From Kudoa neothunni (lineage: Eukaryota; Animalia; Cnidaria), in contig OZ199838.1 of assembly GCA_964304625.1 (NCBI GenBank), forward strand, positions 13,617,002-13,681,001: 64,000 bases of DNA, read 5' to 3'. A program made the position numbers and the translations under genes. Shown piece by piece: positions 1-15,053 of this stretch (its first letter is position 1; every line of letters begins with the position of its first letter). The notes beneath the pieces are model-generated. The model saw only the letters and a list, made by a program, of their open reading frames with translations. It was not told the DNA's origin and searched no databases.

Positions 1-1842
1 GAATTCTCTAGTTGGGTGCTGTCGAAGAGTGGGAACATTGTTTTATCCCTGTGCAGACGAACGACACCCATGAGATTAATTTTACCTAATGGAATTTATT
101 TGTACTAAATTTAAAAATCAAACTTTTATTATATTATTTTAAAAAGTTATTCCAATAATACATTACATTTACTTACGGTAAAACGAATGTCTATTCCCAA
201 ATATTCTTCAACGAAATACATAAACATGTACCGACGTGGCTATTTAGCACAATTCTAACGGTTCCATTTCTATATATTTTTTTTAATTTAATATTAATTC
301 TTATAAAAAATGAATTAATATTATCCTTAAATGTAAACCGTGATTCCTATTTCAAATAATCTTTTGAGGATTCTTAAATAATTACCAAGGCACTTTTAAT
401 GCGGCTCCTTTTGAGATATATTTAAGTTTTTCCTCAAATGAATTGATTCTAATTGAAAATACAAAGATAAAAATGATTTTAAACATTTTTCCCTCAAGTT
501 TTAGTTATCGTTATAGGTAATTTTGGATTAAACCTGAAATTTGAAATCCTGTTTGAGCTGATGTTTCATCTTTTTGGGGGAAAATCAATTGGAAATACAA
601 CAAATTATTTCGCTATGATTTTAAAGATTGAGCCGATTTACTCACTTTATGCCAAATGATCGAATACTATCAAAATAAATTATATAATTGAATCAACATA
701 TTTTTTTCAACCTTTCGTACCTAACGTTCATTTAAAATTTGAACAACCGAGAGAAAAAAATCGCATTCTGCTGGCGCTTTATTTTTAATATTTTCTCAAA
801 ATTAGTTTTAAAATGTTAAAATGAATTTTGCCTATTTAAAAGCAAATTAATAATGACTGAAATGAATTACAACATTAAAATAAGCATTCGAAAATTTAAA
901 ATAACGCCGTTTTAAACAATGCAATTGATTGTTAGGCATAATCGTATTATATTTCATAAAAAATATCGATAACATATAATTTCCCATATTTTAAAAAATT
1001 ATTCATATATATATATACATGTATATTAAAAAGTGGGAATTAATTTAATAAAGTTATACTTAACTTACTGTTGCGTATTGTCCGATAAATCATTATAGCC
1101 ATTATTTATAATTATATAATGTATTTACCTCCGGAGAAAAAAATATACGCTGAAACTCAAGCTATTGTAGAAACATTTAAAACCTTCCACTTATAATATT
1201 TTTAGATATAGAATAGCAATCGAATGTACTTCTTTTTAAGGGCTTTAAGTATTTTTAGTTATGGAATAGTTTTGAAAATGGGTAGTTGACACCAAAATTG
1301 GCTCATATGACAAAAAATTGACCGATTTAAGCATATTAATTATATTAAGCTAATGCTTATAAAACAGATACAAAAGAAATTTTCAACGCATTTTAAAGAC
1401 CGTGAAATTTATAAGAGGTTATGATACATACGAGTAGGATTCTTTTAATCTTCATTTTATCCTGTAATTCAATGGTAATGACTGATAAAATTTATTCTAA
1501 GAATTTTAATTTTTTAAATCGTTATGACTAACTGTTCGGAAACAATATGTCATATTCAAACAATCAACATCAAATTTTGGCATAAAAAGGTTAACTTTAT
1601 TCTGGAATATTTTCAGATGTATTTTATTTGGGGAAAAATTAATTGAGCACGTTTTCATTAAAATAATAATTTTTCCGTCTGCCTATTGATTAATGCGTGT
1701 TTCATATACAGTGCTTGATTTTCTCTTAAGAAAAAATATAAAAAATAAAGCTACGACAATAACAAGTGAATAAAATAAGTATTCTTTTATTTCCGAATGA
1801 TAATTAATAATTATCAGACAAATGGGAACCACGGAATACAAT

Positions 1843-4800
1843 TCAACGAAATAGTGGATTTTCCTCCTTGATAAATTATTAAGAAATTGTAAGTGTTAAA
1901 ATACTTACTCCTTGTGTTTTCCGAGCCTCCGTAGATGCTTTAAATTTATTGTACTGTGCCTTATCGTATTGATGTTTGACTACCCAGGCAACTACAATCA
2001 GACCCAGCGAAACGACGATAATAAGGATGGCAATGATAAGTATCCAAATGAGCGGGTTTATTGGAGGTTTGCAATCTTCAAAAGTAACACAAAAATTTTA
2101 CTATGTATGATTTAATTATCATCACCTTGTTGTTTATTCAAACTTTTAATTCTTATAATTTTTGATTTTCCTTCAGCACTTATATGACTATCGTGAGTGA
2201 TTGAAAAATATATGGCGCAATTGTCATAGGTTGTTGCACATTTAAACTTCTCGTCAGTGTCTTCTAGTTCATCAATTTGATAGGTTCCAAGACGGTTACA
2301 CAAATAACACTTTTCATCATTAGTAGATCCATTGCCAAACATGTGACAAATGACGCAATTTTCCAGCTGATTACAAGATTCCTCTTTTGACTTATAGACC
2401 AGTGATATTTAAACATCATCAACTACTCAACTAATCATTACCTCATTCTCACAAAATTCCCCGGAAAATCCAAAGTCACACAAACACTTTCCACAGCTGC
2501 ATTTTCCTCGTCCACTGCAGCTCTATAATTGATTCCATAATGAAAATATTTATTATGGGGTGGGGTTTCATTTACAATATTATTCTTTTTCAATAAACAC
2601 TTTTCATTCCAAAAATCGTGTGCGCAGTTCTTCTGCTCGCAGACAGCCCCTATATATTTGGGAAAACATTCACATTTTCCACAGTTGCATCTTCCACGGG
2701 TGGGTCCACCACAGAACTCGTCCAAACCTGATTGACACCTGGAATTATCACACTCGCAGTGATTCCCAGAAAACAATCCAGATTCAAATTCCTTATATCC
2801 GAACAAAAATATGGAAAAAAACAAGGATAAATTAAATTTACCCCACAAGTACAACGATTGCATTTACATGTTCCGTATCCGCTGCACAACAGACCTTGCC
2901 TATGGCCGGGTGTGTTGCAGTCCTTTGTAGATTCATAGCAATCGCAAAACTCGCCAGAACTGTTGTCAAATAAAATAAGAATATAATGTATTCATAAATC
3001 ACTATGAATCGTAACAGTAACATTTTCCACATATCAAATCTCCATTTTTATTACACGTTTCGCTTTTTATTTCCTAAATAAAATGATAGTAAAGCTTCTA
3101 ATATTGCGTCATTAACCCTTAACGTCTAACCATTGGATTCGCGCGTCCACCTCCCTATTATTTTGTTGTAAAACCTGTTATAATTTGTGTAATTTCGCCA
3201 AACCATTAACTTATTTTATTATGTCGGTCGGTAGATAATGCTTTTTTAAAAATGTAGATGAAATTCTGACGAATATACACAAAATACAACATGCATAATA
3301 ACAAAATTTATAAACAAAATAATATAAAGATGGGCGCATGGAACTGAAGGTTATCCTTTAAGGGCTAACCCTCTAATGGTCCCAAAAACGATGAACGTGT
3401 AATGGACTTTGGAGTAAACTTTACACCACATTTTTTTGAATTATATCATTTTAAAAAATCTATTAATCAATATTATAGAATAATTTTTAATTCCTATGGA
3501 TGAAACACTGGAAAATGCACATTATATTTTGACGTAATCCATGTGATAATCGGCTTCGTTTACGATCCGTCTTATGTCGGCACACATCGAAATTTCATTA
3601 AAAAAAGTGATTGCGTTAATGCGGCGAAATTAAACGTGTTGCGCCAGTCAAAATATTAAAAAAAACATAAGGATTCTTGAAAGTTATGAGAAGTTAAAAA
3701 CAGTTTTTAAATGCGTGAAATGGACAATAAAATTTATAACAATTTTCGCACCATTTAGGAGATTTTTTATCATTTTTTCCTCTCGTTGTTTTCATATTTT
3801 GCTCGCTTTGCGTTAAGAACAGGTTCCAGTTGGGGAGCATAAACAATGATGAAACCTGTTTTTGTTGCTTTGTTTGTGGAATTTGTTGTTAACGATGTTT
3901 TGTATAATTGTTCAACGATTTCTTTACGCAAATCACACATTTTAATTTATTACGAACATAAGATACCAACATATACTTTTCACCGAAAACAAAAATGCTG
4001 ACACAACGGGCTCTATTTGGTGATGATTGGAGGCATGGTAGTATCTCTTTAGTTTTTAACGTAATGTCTCTCTTGTCAATTTTTTTTTCAAACAATTTTT
4101 CAACAAGAAACATCAATAAGAAGACATTTTCGTCAACAACATGATGTTCATTCTCTGATAAACAAAATTCACCAATGAAATCAAGAACCACACATCCTCA
4201 AATAATTTGCGCGTGCGATTTAGTTAATTTATCAAACATTTCATTACTTTCTACAAAAACTACTCATAGGAATTTTATTACATTTATGTTCGAAATTGGT
4301 TAAATTTTTTGGAATATTTTGAATCAAAAATAACATGGGTTAACTTTTACCCCAAAGACCATTACAAGATAAAATAAAAATTAAAACTTATACAATAATT
4401 TTTCGGCAAACATTTTTTCGTCAGCCAAAGACAAAATTTTATTTGAAGAATATCTGAAACCCATTGGGTATTTGTTGACTTTATACAAAGATATACCATC
4501 AATAAAATCGTTTTGGGGTAACGAAAAATATATTCTTCTAATTTTTTAAATTGTTAAAGTTTTTAATTATGAATTTCTTTTAATGGTGTATGATTGAATA
4601 CATGATTAATTATTTATTTTAGTCATGAAAAAATATTTACATAAGATGGATGGTTATGACTTGAGCATTCACATTTGCAGTCTCCGGATAACTCCAATTC
4701 GATTACTCCGTAGTTGATAATTCTCACATTGTATCTAAACTTACACGCATCCAAAGCATAATAATTTCAAAAATACGTCCGTGGGGTACTATCTGGAAAA

Positions 4801-6685
4801 CACAAAGATTGGTTAAGAGTAATTTCAATTTCTATTCTTCCAGTATTGGCGCAATCCAAGGTGCCAGAAATGGACTTTGTGAGGTTCCTTATTGGTCAAA
4901 ACAAAGATGAACGAATTATATATATATATATATTTGAGAAATACTCGCACAACGGTACTATTTGGACTTCTACATAACTATCGTTGTTAGGAGGAATGAT
5001 TTTTATTTGAGATAAAGCTTCCTAATACATATTATTTACGTCAAGAAATCGAATAATACTTCTGCCGCATTAGTTATAGCTTTCACCACATGTTCTGGCT
5101 TTGAATAAAATATCGGTTTAGCACTGATATCTCTTAAATCATTTGCGATATCCTACTCAAATAATTAAACTAAATGATAAGCACGATATATCCACTGCAA
5201 AATATGCAAAAGTGGTAGGTTGAGACGTCATAAAAAGCAGTTGAATATTATTTTTGCTTAGCTCTTTCACTATAACATTATCGTCGGGGTAATCCTAAAA
5301 AAATTCCTACTAAGTTAACAAATTGGCTGATCATTACTCTAAACTGTTGATAGCCTGAGTTTTTATCCAACTGACATCGATTGATGTACCTTCTTAAAAT
5401 GGCCATATTCTAATACATTTTTACTTCATTAAGTAATATTCAAATAATACCCTTCCATCACCAGCCGTTTTGGGGAAAATATTAGTTATAACAAACATTA
5501 CTTTGGTTGATGTTCTGTTGGTAGACCATCCAATCTATTGTTTTTAATTAAATTACAAATAGCTAATATGTACCTCATTTACGCACGTAGCTGCTTGTGC
5601 GATAGCTGTGTATGCTGATTCGGGAAAGTCGAAGCTTGCGAACGTGCTGTATTTAATTTTTAAAAGTTTTAACTTTTCCTAAATAAACAAATGTGACGTG
5701 ATCCACATTGAGTTGGTTAACAAACCAATAAGAAGGTTTGATTTTCAGTGAGTGGAACATAATTGAGGAATTCATATTCAGAACCTCTACGAATAAATCA
5801 ATATCCACTTGTCTGCAAAAGAATAGAATTAGTACGTCCTAACTGGAGAATACTCTTTGTCAAAGAACAATCCTATTCCCACCCGTACACTTGTAGCGCC
5901 AGTTTCAAAAGATTGAGAAACTAATAAAAAATTATAAAAACCAAGCAAAATAAACCCTAATCATAATTTAACTGCGCTTAAATATTATGTCTTTTCTTTT
6001 AACAATAGGAAGTTGGATGATGATTAAATTTATAGTTTTTTCAATTAATACATTCTAATATAACGTATATTTTATCATACTTGTTCCTGAAAGATCTGAA
6101 ATTAGTTTAGATCTGGTGGCTGTAAGTTCAGCTGAGCTATCCATCAGAACGTATATCTCAAGTGGAAGGGATGTAGGGACGGTAATCACTGACTTTATTC
6201 CGCTTATTTTACCTTATATATGTATATATATATATATATATACACTTTTATATTAAATAATTTTCTATTAAACTCTATTAATGACTACCATATCCAGGTC
6301 TTAGATATTTGACCCTGAATTTTTGTGGTTGAATAGTTATCCCATCAAGTTCCAAATGATCGAGAATCTTTTTAAATAATCGCCTTATTGCAACCAATAG
6401 ACTAAAAATACAGTGATTTCTGGTGAACTAAGTTTTGTAACATTATCGCAACGGACACGGCTGGTTTTTAGACATCTATCGCCATTATACACCTATCCTT
6501 GGTCAGAATATGTTTTAGAAATATTGGATGAACTTTATCAGAACACCATCCAAAATTTTCCACCTTTGAACAACACAAGGAGCACTCGTCAACATATTGA
6601 AAGCTGATTTTTAGTAAAACCACTAAAATCGTTTAATTCGGGGGTTTAAAATGGTAGTACCGGAAAAGTATATATAAGCCCACAT
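1843..6685 (-). CDS. Integrin beta subunit, paralog A (multi-exon, divergent beta-I domain)
   Basis: Manual splicing gives MWAYIYFSVVLLKISFQYVDECSLCCSKVENFGWCSDK (signal/PSI), IQPQKFRVKYLRPG, LPLEIYVLMDSSAE, RVGIGLFFDKEYSP, FDFPESAYTAIAQAATC, IGWSTNRTSTKVMFVITNIFPKTAGDG, DYPDDNVIVKELSKNNIQ, four I-EGF repeats (e.g. CECDNSRC...FCGGPTRGRCNCGKCEC), beta-tail, TM LIWILIIAILIIVVSLGLIVVAWVVK and tail ...EENPLFR*. The last exon is uncertain. Confidence 0.93.
3112..4366 (-). mobile_element. Degenerate piggyBac-like transposon relic inside the 1.57-kb intron of integrin paralog A
   Basis: TTAA-CCCTT terminus-like sequence at 3112. Imperfect inverted repeat tgtaatgg(a/t)ctttgg(a/g)gtaaa at about 3398 and 4337-4366. 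ORF 3889-4191 (..SIFVFGEKYMLVSYVRNKLKCVI..) resembles the piggyBac transposase segment F.F....LVSY.PKKNK.V. Boundaries approximate. Confidence 0.6.
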
Positions 6686-7093
6686 TTGTATTTGTACACA
6701 GTTAAACTGTCTAACTAATTAATGTGATGATTTTTGCCTTTTGGGAACATTGTTGTAGACTATCAGTTACAGTGATAAATTTTCTTTGTATATTAATTTT
6801 CATCTAATTATAGGCCATTCACCCTTAGGTTTTATAAGGACTCTTAAAATGTCTAAATTAGGGTTACTCGAATTTAAAATTTATTGAATTGAACAACAAC
6901 CATTAATTCCTGAGTGGTTCTCAACACCCCCAAAGAATTAGAATGATCCTTGTATTTTCTTGTGAGTAACTGGATGGAGAGTACTAAAATGAATCTCAGG
7001 TCATTTGTAAATTTTAACAAATTACATTAAAATTAGGAAAACTTTAATAACTTTTATGGGCTATTTCTAATGGATTCAAAACACAGTCAGTGA

Positions 7094-7950
7094 CCGGTTT
7101 TACGCACTTTTTAAAAAGAAACACAATTTGAATAATCATATGTACAATCTATATATAATGTTTTTTAATGTTGTTTTGGAGAATTTGGATCTAAATAATA
7201 TAATAAGGTTGCGAAATTTCCAGTTTGTTAGTCACGTGGTTGGAGGGTTTTATGCATTTTTCGGAACGTTTTTGAAAAAAACGTAGATGAATTTTGTTTA
7301 ATGTTCGAAAGAATTTAATGAAATGAAAGAAAATCAAATGAAATAGTAAAGCAAGTCCACAATATTTCCTCCAAAACAGCCAAATTTGTTATAAAACACC
7401 AGACATATCCTCTATATCCAACCCCTATGGCATCTTAAAAACATAAATAAAAATTTTTAAATGATTGAGCACAAAACGATTATTGTCTTCATTTGGGAAT
7501 TTATTAAAATGAGTCCAGAAAATTATCCAGGTTTGACAAAAAAGATCGATCGATCATGATCGCAATGGTGAAAGCTATATTTCAAACATTTGGACGAATT
7601 TTTGGTGACCAAAACAACTAATTATTTTATTTCTAAGTGAAAAAAATTATTTGTTTCTTAAATTTATGCAATTCAAATATATTAAACAGCTACGTATATT
7701 ACTATATGCGCGCGTTAATAAATGCGTAAACTGGACGTTACCAATTTCACACACATTTTTCCGCGATCCTGAAGGGATTACTCAAACCCGGTTAACGACT
7801 ATGCTTTCAATTAAAAAAGATTTAACGTTTTCATCAAAATTTACGAATTTTAATTATGTTATTTGATAAATAATTGAATAGTTTTTTGTAATGCGCGCGC
7901 GAAAAAGTGCGTAAAACCGGAAGTGACCAATTTTACACATTTTTCTCGCA
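7094..7950. mobile_element. Non-coding element with inverted and direct subterminal repeats (MITE-like, family unassigned)
   Basis: Perfect 19-bp inverted repeat ccggttttacgcacttttt (7094-7112) / aaaaagtgcgtaaaaccgg (7902-7920), plus a ~60-bp imperfect direct repeat at about 7707-7765 and 7892-7950. No TSD identified. Confidence 0.5.
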
Positions 7951-8458
7951 GTATCGACTCGAAACTCTCGAGGAAATTGCGTAAATCCTCTAACCTACTA
8001 CACAAGTTATATCTACACCATTTTAGTCCTTAAAGATCATTTATGCGGTTCGAAATAGTTATTTATTATTGATTTAATACAGTGAAAAAGATCCCGTACG
8101 TACGTAATCACTTATTTTCCCAAAATAAAATTTTAATTGAAATTTATTAATTAATTAATTAAAATAAAAGGTTATATTCATGCATAAAAATAAAATTAAA
8201 AATTAGGTAGTTATACATGGTATGGAGAGGGTAGAATAAAAAAAAGTTGCATCTCATGCAACGATTCTGCCTAATGAGACATTATTCTTTCTATATATTA
8301 AGTAAAAATTAATTTGCGATGTAATTATATTTTAATCAATTTAAAAAAATAATTCAATTCGAAAAAATAATATCGTTTAGAAGTATTCTTATTCTATTAT
8401 GTTTAATTTTTATTTCAAAGAAAGTCATCCTAAGTTTCACATATACTTTTTATCAGAA

Positions 8459-11400
8459 TCAAGCAAAAATTGATCCAAATACAGGTTCATTCTGAACTTC
8501 GTCTCGGTGTTTCAAAGGAGATGGCTCATTCTAACCAAATAAAAAAATAAATTGTGTTTATTACATCTGGAAAAATACATTTTCATTGGCCGTAAAAACC
8601 GTTCTGTTGTATGAATCCTGATGGTAAGACTTTTCATATTGGTATTTAAAGAAATATGCCATGAAAGTGCCGGCTATTGGCACCACTATGAGAGATATAC
8701 AAATAATTATTGATAACGCGAGTGGACTCAGCACGTATATACAATCTACAAAATATTCTAAAAAAATACAAAATTTTATATTACCTTTATTTCTGTTTGT
8801 CTTCATTATTGAAATGGGAACTTTATCGAATGTTTCGGCTGAAATTTTATTCACAGAAAAATACACCAAGCAACCATCAAAAAACGTCGTGCAGGTGCGA
8901 TTTTTAGGGAATTTCTTAGCGCTTATCACATTAAAAATCGCTTGCATGCTACAGATAGAGCAATTTTGATTGTAGACCACATCCTTATTATAGATCTCGC
9001 AAATAACACAGTTACTATATCTATCACAATCATTAATTGGATGCTAAAATTTTTAGATATTAATTAATACTACCAAAATAAAATCACTTCGTTTTCACAA
9101 TGTTTCCCAGAAAATCCATAGTTACAAAACACAATAACCACACATACACTTCCCTCTTCCTCCACATTCCTATAGTTCATACAGGATTGTAGATGTAATG
9201 GATTAGATAAAGTACTATCGTGCTCCGAGGTTCAATGCATGTTTGTTTCCATAGTTCATGCCCACATCTTCTTCTCTCACATTTTTCTCCCTCATAGTTT
9301 GATTTACACTTACAAACACCACATTCACATTTTCCGTGTAAATTCCCGCCACAAAATTGATTTTCCTCTGTGAGACAATTACTATTATCACAATCGCAAT
9401 ATTTTCCCGCTATCAACCACGATGTTTTATTCTGCGGATAATTTATTCTCAATAATTTGAAATATGAAATTTATAATTACCTTACAAACACACTGATTAC
9501 ATTTGCAATTTCCCTTTCCACCACAGAGCAATCCCTGAGGGTCGCCAACCTTTTTACAGTTGCTGGTTGAATGGGAGCAATCGCAATATTTACCAGAACT
9601 AGTAAATAACAGTGATAAAGAGAAAAAAAGCTTCTGTATTACAAATTTTTGTAACAATAACATTTTCCACAAATAAGATCTCCATTAGAATTGCATGTAA
9701 TACTTGCCACTTCCTAGAATCAGGTTTTATAACAATTCAGTAAGGGATACGCAATAAAGTCAGCAAAATACATATGTAGGGTGACTGGGACTGTCGCAAT
9801 CGCAATAGCAGCCTGTAGCCAATTTGAGATTTATCTTATTTCGGCCCAGTATTAATATCGTGTATCTAACATGAAAAAAATTAGATGCCGCTCTATTTTG
9901 GCACACACTCTAATTGCTTGTCTTCCGGAAAACAGATTTTTGGCTCTATCTCTATCAGCAGGGTAACTGAATCAAGTGAAGATAACGTAAGGTGAGATGT
10001 CGTCTGTTCGACGGCCACATTCCCTCTATTAATATTCCGTTGTAAATGCGTGCAAATAAATGATATCTCAATTTAATATAATTACTCCATATTCAAATGA
10101 TGAAGCTTAAAAATTAAAATAAAGAAATATTTATGGTTTTTTTTCAATTAGATATCACTCAATTTGTTCAATATATATCTAAATACCTTATAGTTACGAA
10201 ACTCAAATAAACTGAGGTTTAATCATTTCAAGAGGATTTTTGTCTAACGTATAAATTTATCATTTTTATGTAAAAATGTAAAATATAACTATATAAATAC
10301 TATAAATAATAATATTGAGATAATAATAAATAGCAAGAAGGAAAATTCTTTTTCTATACAAGTAAAGGTCGTAACGTTACTCATTAAATATTATTTATTC
10401 CATAATTATTTAATGCACATTGAAGAAACGTAATTAATCAATAGTTTATATCTGTGTGTGTGTGTCCTTTATTGGCATAATTGAAGAATTCTACAAAACT
10501 CCACATACAGTAGGTGACTACTCGAGCGCACCACCTGCCATGATTTAATGACTTACACAATACTGTTACTAATTGAAATCAATCACTAATTGAAATCAAT
10601 CGAATAAAAGCATAACAATTACAATAAATTATTAAAACCTTAGTTTTTTTTTAATTCGCTTAAAATAAGAATTAGCTCAAATTTACGACTTTTGAGCACT
10701 AAGTTTAAGGATAAAGTTGCCCAAATGATGGATCGTGGGCACTTGAAGGGAACCAAGCTGTTTCGTTCTTTGAATGATAAAGTGGATATAATGTCATATT
10801 ATCAAAGTATATCGAATGGTGAAAACAGAAAAACTAAAATTCTCTTTTATTTTAACTTAGAATCTCTATCCTCTTTAAATTAGATTTTGGGTAATAGAGA
10901 ATCCATAATGAAGTCTCATAATGGAGTGAAAATTACAAATAACCACCAAACGTTTAAAAAATTTACTATTTCTTTAAATGATTCTCTTATTTATTTGAGC
11001 AAAATGTACAATTTTTGCAGAAAACGGAATTGTCGAATGCTATCTTACGGTCATAGATCTAGAAACAACGATTTACGACTAAAGAAAGTCAGAGATTTAC
11101 CAGTAAAATATTAATAACTTTTTCAAAGCGAAATCAAACTAATAAGTATGATAAAAACTTTTAGTTATATTTTATTGAGTATATTATTTAATTTTTATTG
11201 GTACTAACTCTTATATCGTCTTCTCTTGAGTACAGATAATTTATTTGTTATGCAACACTCTCTTAAGATATAGTAATTCATTAAAAAAGTTCTATGCATG
11301 TTTTTATTTAAAATCGTCAAAACCTTATGATTGAGATAAAAAATAATTTTGATTGTAATAAATTGGATGTGTGAATTGCATTTATTTTTTTTAGTTCTTG

Positions 11401-13416
11401 TTGACAGAAATCGTTAGTATTATCATCATGTTGTCTAAATGGTTTGTTTTCTACAAATTTAAGTCAAGGATCGCCTAGATTAGCCGCATATAACCTTTAT
11501 ATCATTGTTATAGAAAAATTAGTTTTATATTAAAAACCCAAATTTATCTTCACGTTTTTAACCAATTTCCATATTTTTCGGTTATTTTAATTACTTAAAA
11601 ATAACAATAACCTTTTAATAATTTTATAAAATTTAAAAACCTAATAACAATATTTAGATGTGGTGAATTTAATATTTAGAGTGATGAATATAGATATGTA
11701 AATAGCTGACGTTTATATTTGGAATAAAGAATATTTTTCAACAAATATAACTGAATAAACCTCTCAATTAAGTTAATTATACTAAATATTACTTTTAAAT
11801 TTATAATTGTAAAATTGTATTTATTATTAAATTAAAATCTTTACTTCGTGCTTTTTATATTTATTTCCGTATATTCATCCTCCTCAGGTGCGATAAACTC
11901 CATATTATTTATAAATTTCTATATTCATAGATAATAAAACACCATTTTGACTACCAAAGTTTAACCTTTGTTTCCTCCTTCACCACCGTTATTATGTTTT
12001 TAATATCATTCACATATAGCGATTTTATACCTATATATGCGAGGTCTTGACTAATTTGCTAAAGAAGAATAATTAAATATTGTTTTGACTGAAATATATT
12101 CGTTGAGTACATTGTAAAAATGGTATGTTTCATTGATAGTGGATATGAACAATAGATTCATATTTTTTTCATGCAGCACGTTAAATACGTCGTAATCACC
12201 AGCATAATCCTTATCAGAAAATAGATACCAAATATCAAGTTGATATGCTAACTCTAAATTGATTTGTGTATTCCCCTAAATCGTCAAGGTCGCACTTGTT
12301 CCGAAACTTTTTTACAATGCCCATACTCTAAAATACATAAAATCAAATAATTTCTTTAATTTACCTGAGCAACTAAATGAAATTACCAACGCATCACCGG
12401 CAGTTTTGGAGGTTTGTGAGGTAATGACAAACATCACTTTTAGTACATTCGTATGGTTGCTCCACCCTACCTGTAAATAAATTATATTGTGCCATTATTT
12501 CATCATAGTTCTACTTTTGATTCGCATAAAGTAGCTTGTACGATCGCATTATAGATTGAGTGGGGTGAACTGTCCTTACCTACATCAAAAACTAAATTTT
12601 TCAAGCTTTTCAAGCTTTTCTAAAATATACTACATTAAATATGCCAGCTTTGTTAGTTACTTTTAGGATGTGGGCATCTCGCGTTAAATTAATAAAATTC
12701 TTGAACTCTCCAATATGTTCACTAAATATTAAGTTTATAAATCCTCATTATTAGAACCTTACATTACCTTCGCACGGGAGCATATTCCTTATCAGACACA
12801 ATTCCAACTCCCACCCCAACTGATGATACATTTAATTCAGTCGTTTCTACTACAATCTCATTAATAAATTAGTCTACTCACTTGATTTACAAATGGTGTA
12901 GAATTTCATAAAATATAGCTCAATAAAACGTCGTAAGCTCGTTGAATGATCAACAATAATGTATATTTCTAAGTGTGGTGGTTTTGCAAGATAGATATTA
13001 GTCTTGACTGAAGTCCTTATACCTATTTTACGTCAAAACATCAAAAAAACTACAACATACCTGGCTTTAAATATTTCAGCTCAACATATTGTGGATTAAT
13101 GTCTAGTGAATGGTTGGTAATACGATTTAAAATCTAAAATCTAAATTTTACCGTAATATAGTCAATATCAAAATACCTTTTCCTCATGGTCTTTGAAAGT
13201 TACAATTTTACTACATAAACTGTTGCCATTTGATAGACAACGGTCAAACAAAAAATTCTAATAAAATATATTTCTTAACAACTTTTGAAGACTTACTTTA
13301 TCAGCACACCAGCCCACATTGTTTCCATTGATGCATCCGGAGCATTTGTCGTGTTGTCTTGCTAATGATAATATACTCGATAGTAACACCAAGTAAATAA
13401 TGAATTGTTTTATCAT
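8459..13416 (-). CDS. Integrin beta subunit, paralog B (multi-exon, divergent beta-I domain)
   Basis: MIKQFIIYLVLLSSILSLA signal, DKCSGCINGNNVGWCADK..DRC (PSI), INPQYVELKYLKPG, HLEIYIIVDHSTSLRR, VGVGIVSDKEYAP, FKNFINLT, KDSSPHSIYNAIVQATLC, VGWSNHTNVLKVMFVITSQTSKTAGD, GCYCDC, four I-EGF repeats, TM ALSIIICISLIVVPIAGTFMAYFFK and tail ending NEPVFGSIFA*. Contains a ~1.8-kb intron (about 10027-11845). Confidence 0.93.
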
Positions 13417-15053
13417 CACAATCAATATTATATTGTTTGTAACAACTGTTTTCAGAAAAAATAATCTTTATATGGGATCGGTATGGGATTTAAATAAACC
13501 AAAGCTAAAGCAACCAACGTGAAATTAGGCATATTGCATGGACTTAAATACAGAAGGTTAATTCACTGTCAATATTTATATTTAGTTGATTTATTTGGTG
13601 AAAAAAAATAAAGGAGTCTGAATGGATCTCTCTTTGAAAATCTCTGGTGAATTCACCTCTCGCCCTATTTAGTCTAATACTAAACACAAATCCCATCCTA
13701 AAAGGGTTCCTTATTAAATAATAATAATCTCTCTGCTTTAAATCATCTTATAATCAATCATGTTTATTGATAAATTTTTATTTCAGTTTAAATAGCATAT
13801 GCCAGTGTGTCCTAAACTTTTTTCTCTCATGCCTCCCTCTTTCTTTATAAAAAGTCCAGTGCACACCTTTTTTTAAAAATATTGTTTTTTTAATTTAAAC
13901 TGCTTGTAATTTTTATTCAATGTTCAAGTCTCCTTAAAATTTAAAATTGATTAATATATACTTTATTTCTCATCAAAATAAAAATGTTTTCGGTCAGATC
14001 TAATTTAATTTATCTATGGACCTTAAAAATTAGCATCTTTAGTTCCTCACTCCCCCAAAAACAGCGTTCCGTGAAACTCATGATAATCCAACTCACATTG
14101 GGAAAGACTCGATGTATACAGGGTTTATAAATCGAAAATAAATAATCTAGACATAAAATTAATCAATGTTATATTAGGTTAAATCAAAAAAAAGAAAAGT
14201 CGATGATTATATATTAGACAAGATTGGGATTAAAATCATTTCGATTCTATTTGGATAAAGACCATGTTAAATGTTATTATTTATTTGGTATACAATTAGT
14301 CATTGTTTCTGGTATTGTGTTTTGATATTCATAGTCGTTTAAAAGTCAACGAGATCAAAAATTGATTTGTTGATTGTTGATGTAATAGTGACCTATATTC
14401 CTTAATAATCTCACCGTTAACCATGCAACATGAATGTTCAGGATGTTCCGCGTCCCACCAGAGGAGTTCGTTAAAGTTCCAAAAGTTTCCTTGATCCACC
14501 CTAACTTTTTCGCACTCCACTACTAATGGGAAACACTTGTTTAGGCCTTTAACAATGCTTCCAACTAGGATTTATTGCAATTAACACTTTGCAAATACTG
14601 ATAAAGTTCATATCCCTCAAATACTCCGACATTCCATTCATATAACACTCTAAAAATTAACACACGATAAGATTTTTATTTTAATTATTGCCAGAAATAA
14701 ATAGCGTAAAAACCAGTGATTTGGCGATTAAACCATATAAAGTTTATTGCGCGATCCAAAAAACTAAAAATCAAACTATTTAAGCCATAAAATTTCACTG
14801 TTATTTCACGAATCAAAAATAAATGATGTTTGAACTTTAATGTGCAATTTAAATTAAATTTATAAAAAAATATTCCGACATTTATTTTAAAATATCAAAA
14901 TTCAAAAAACATAGTTAACGCCTGCAACAAAACATTGAAAAATTTTATTGATGAATAATGTAATCCAAGAATGATGAGAAAAATGTTATTTGTAATATAA
15001 TATAATATGCTCGAATAGCTGAAAGTTTTCCATCATAGTAATTGGTCAGTCGT

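Noticed and set aside
1912-2835. Plus-strand ORFs 1912-2115 and 2560-2835 (and similar antisense ORFs over WDR1, BRIP1 and the Helitron)
   Set aside because: Shadow frames of genes identified on the opposite strand.
10568-10601. Tandem 17-bp duplication actaattgaaatcaatc x2
   Set aside because: Only two units with no spacer; ordinary slippage, not a CRISPR-like or functional array.
14329-14560. ORF with a faint SSGVR similarity to a LINE reverse-transcriptase motif
   Set aside because: Too short and no other RT motifs nearby.
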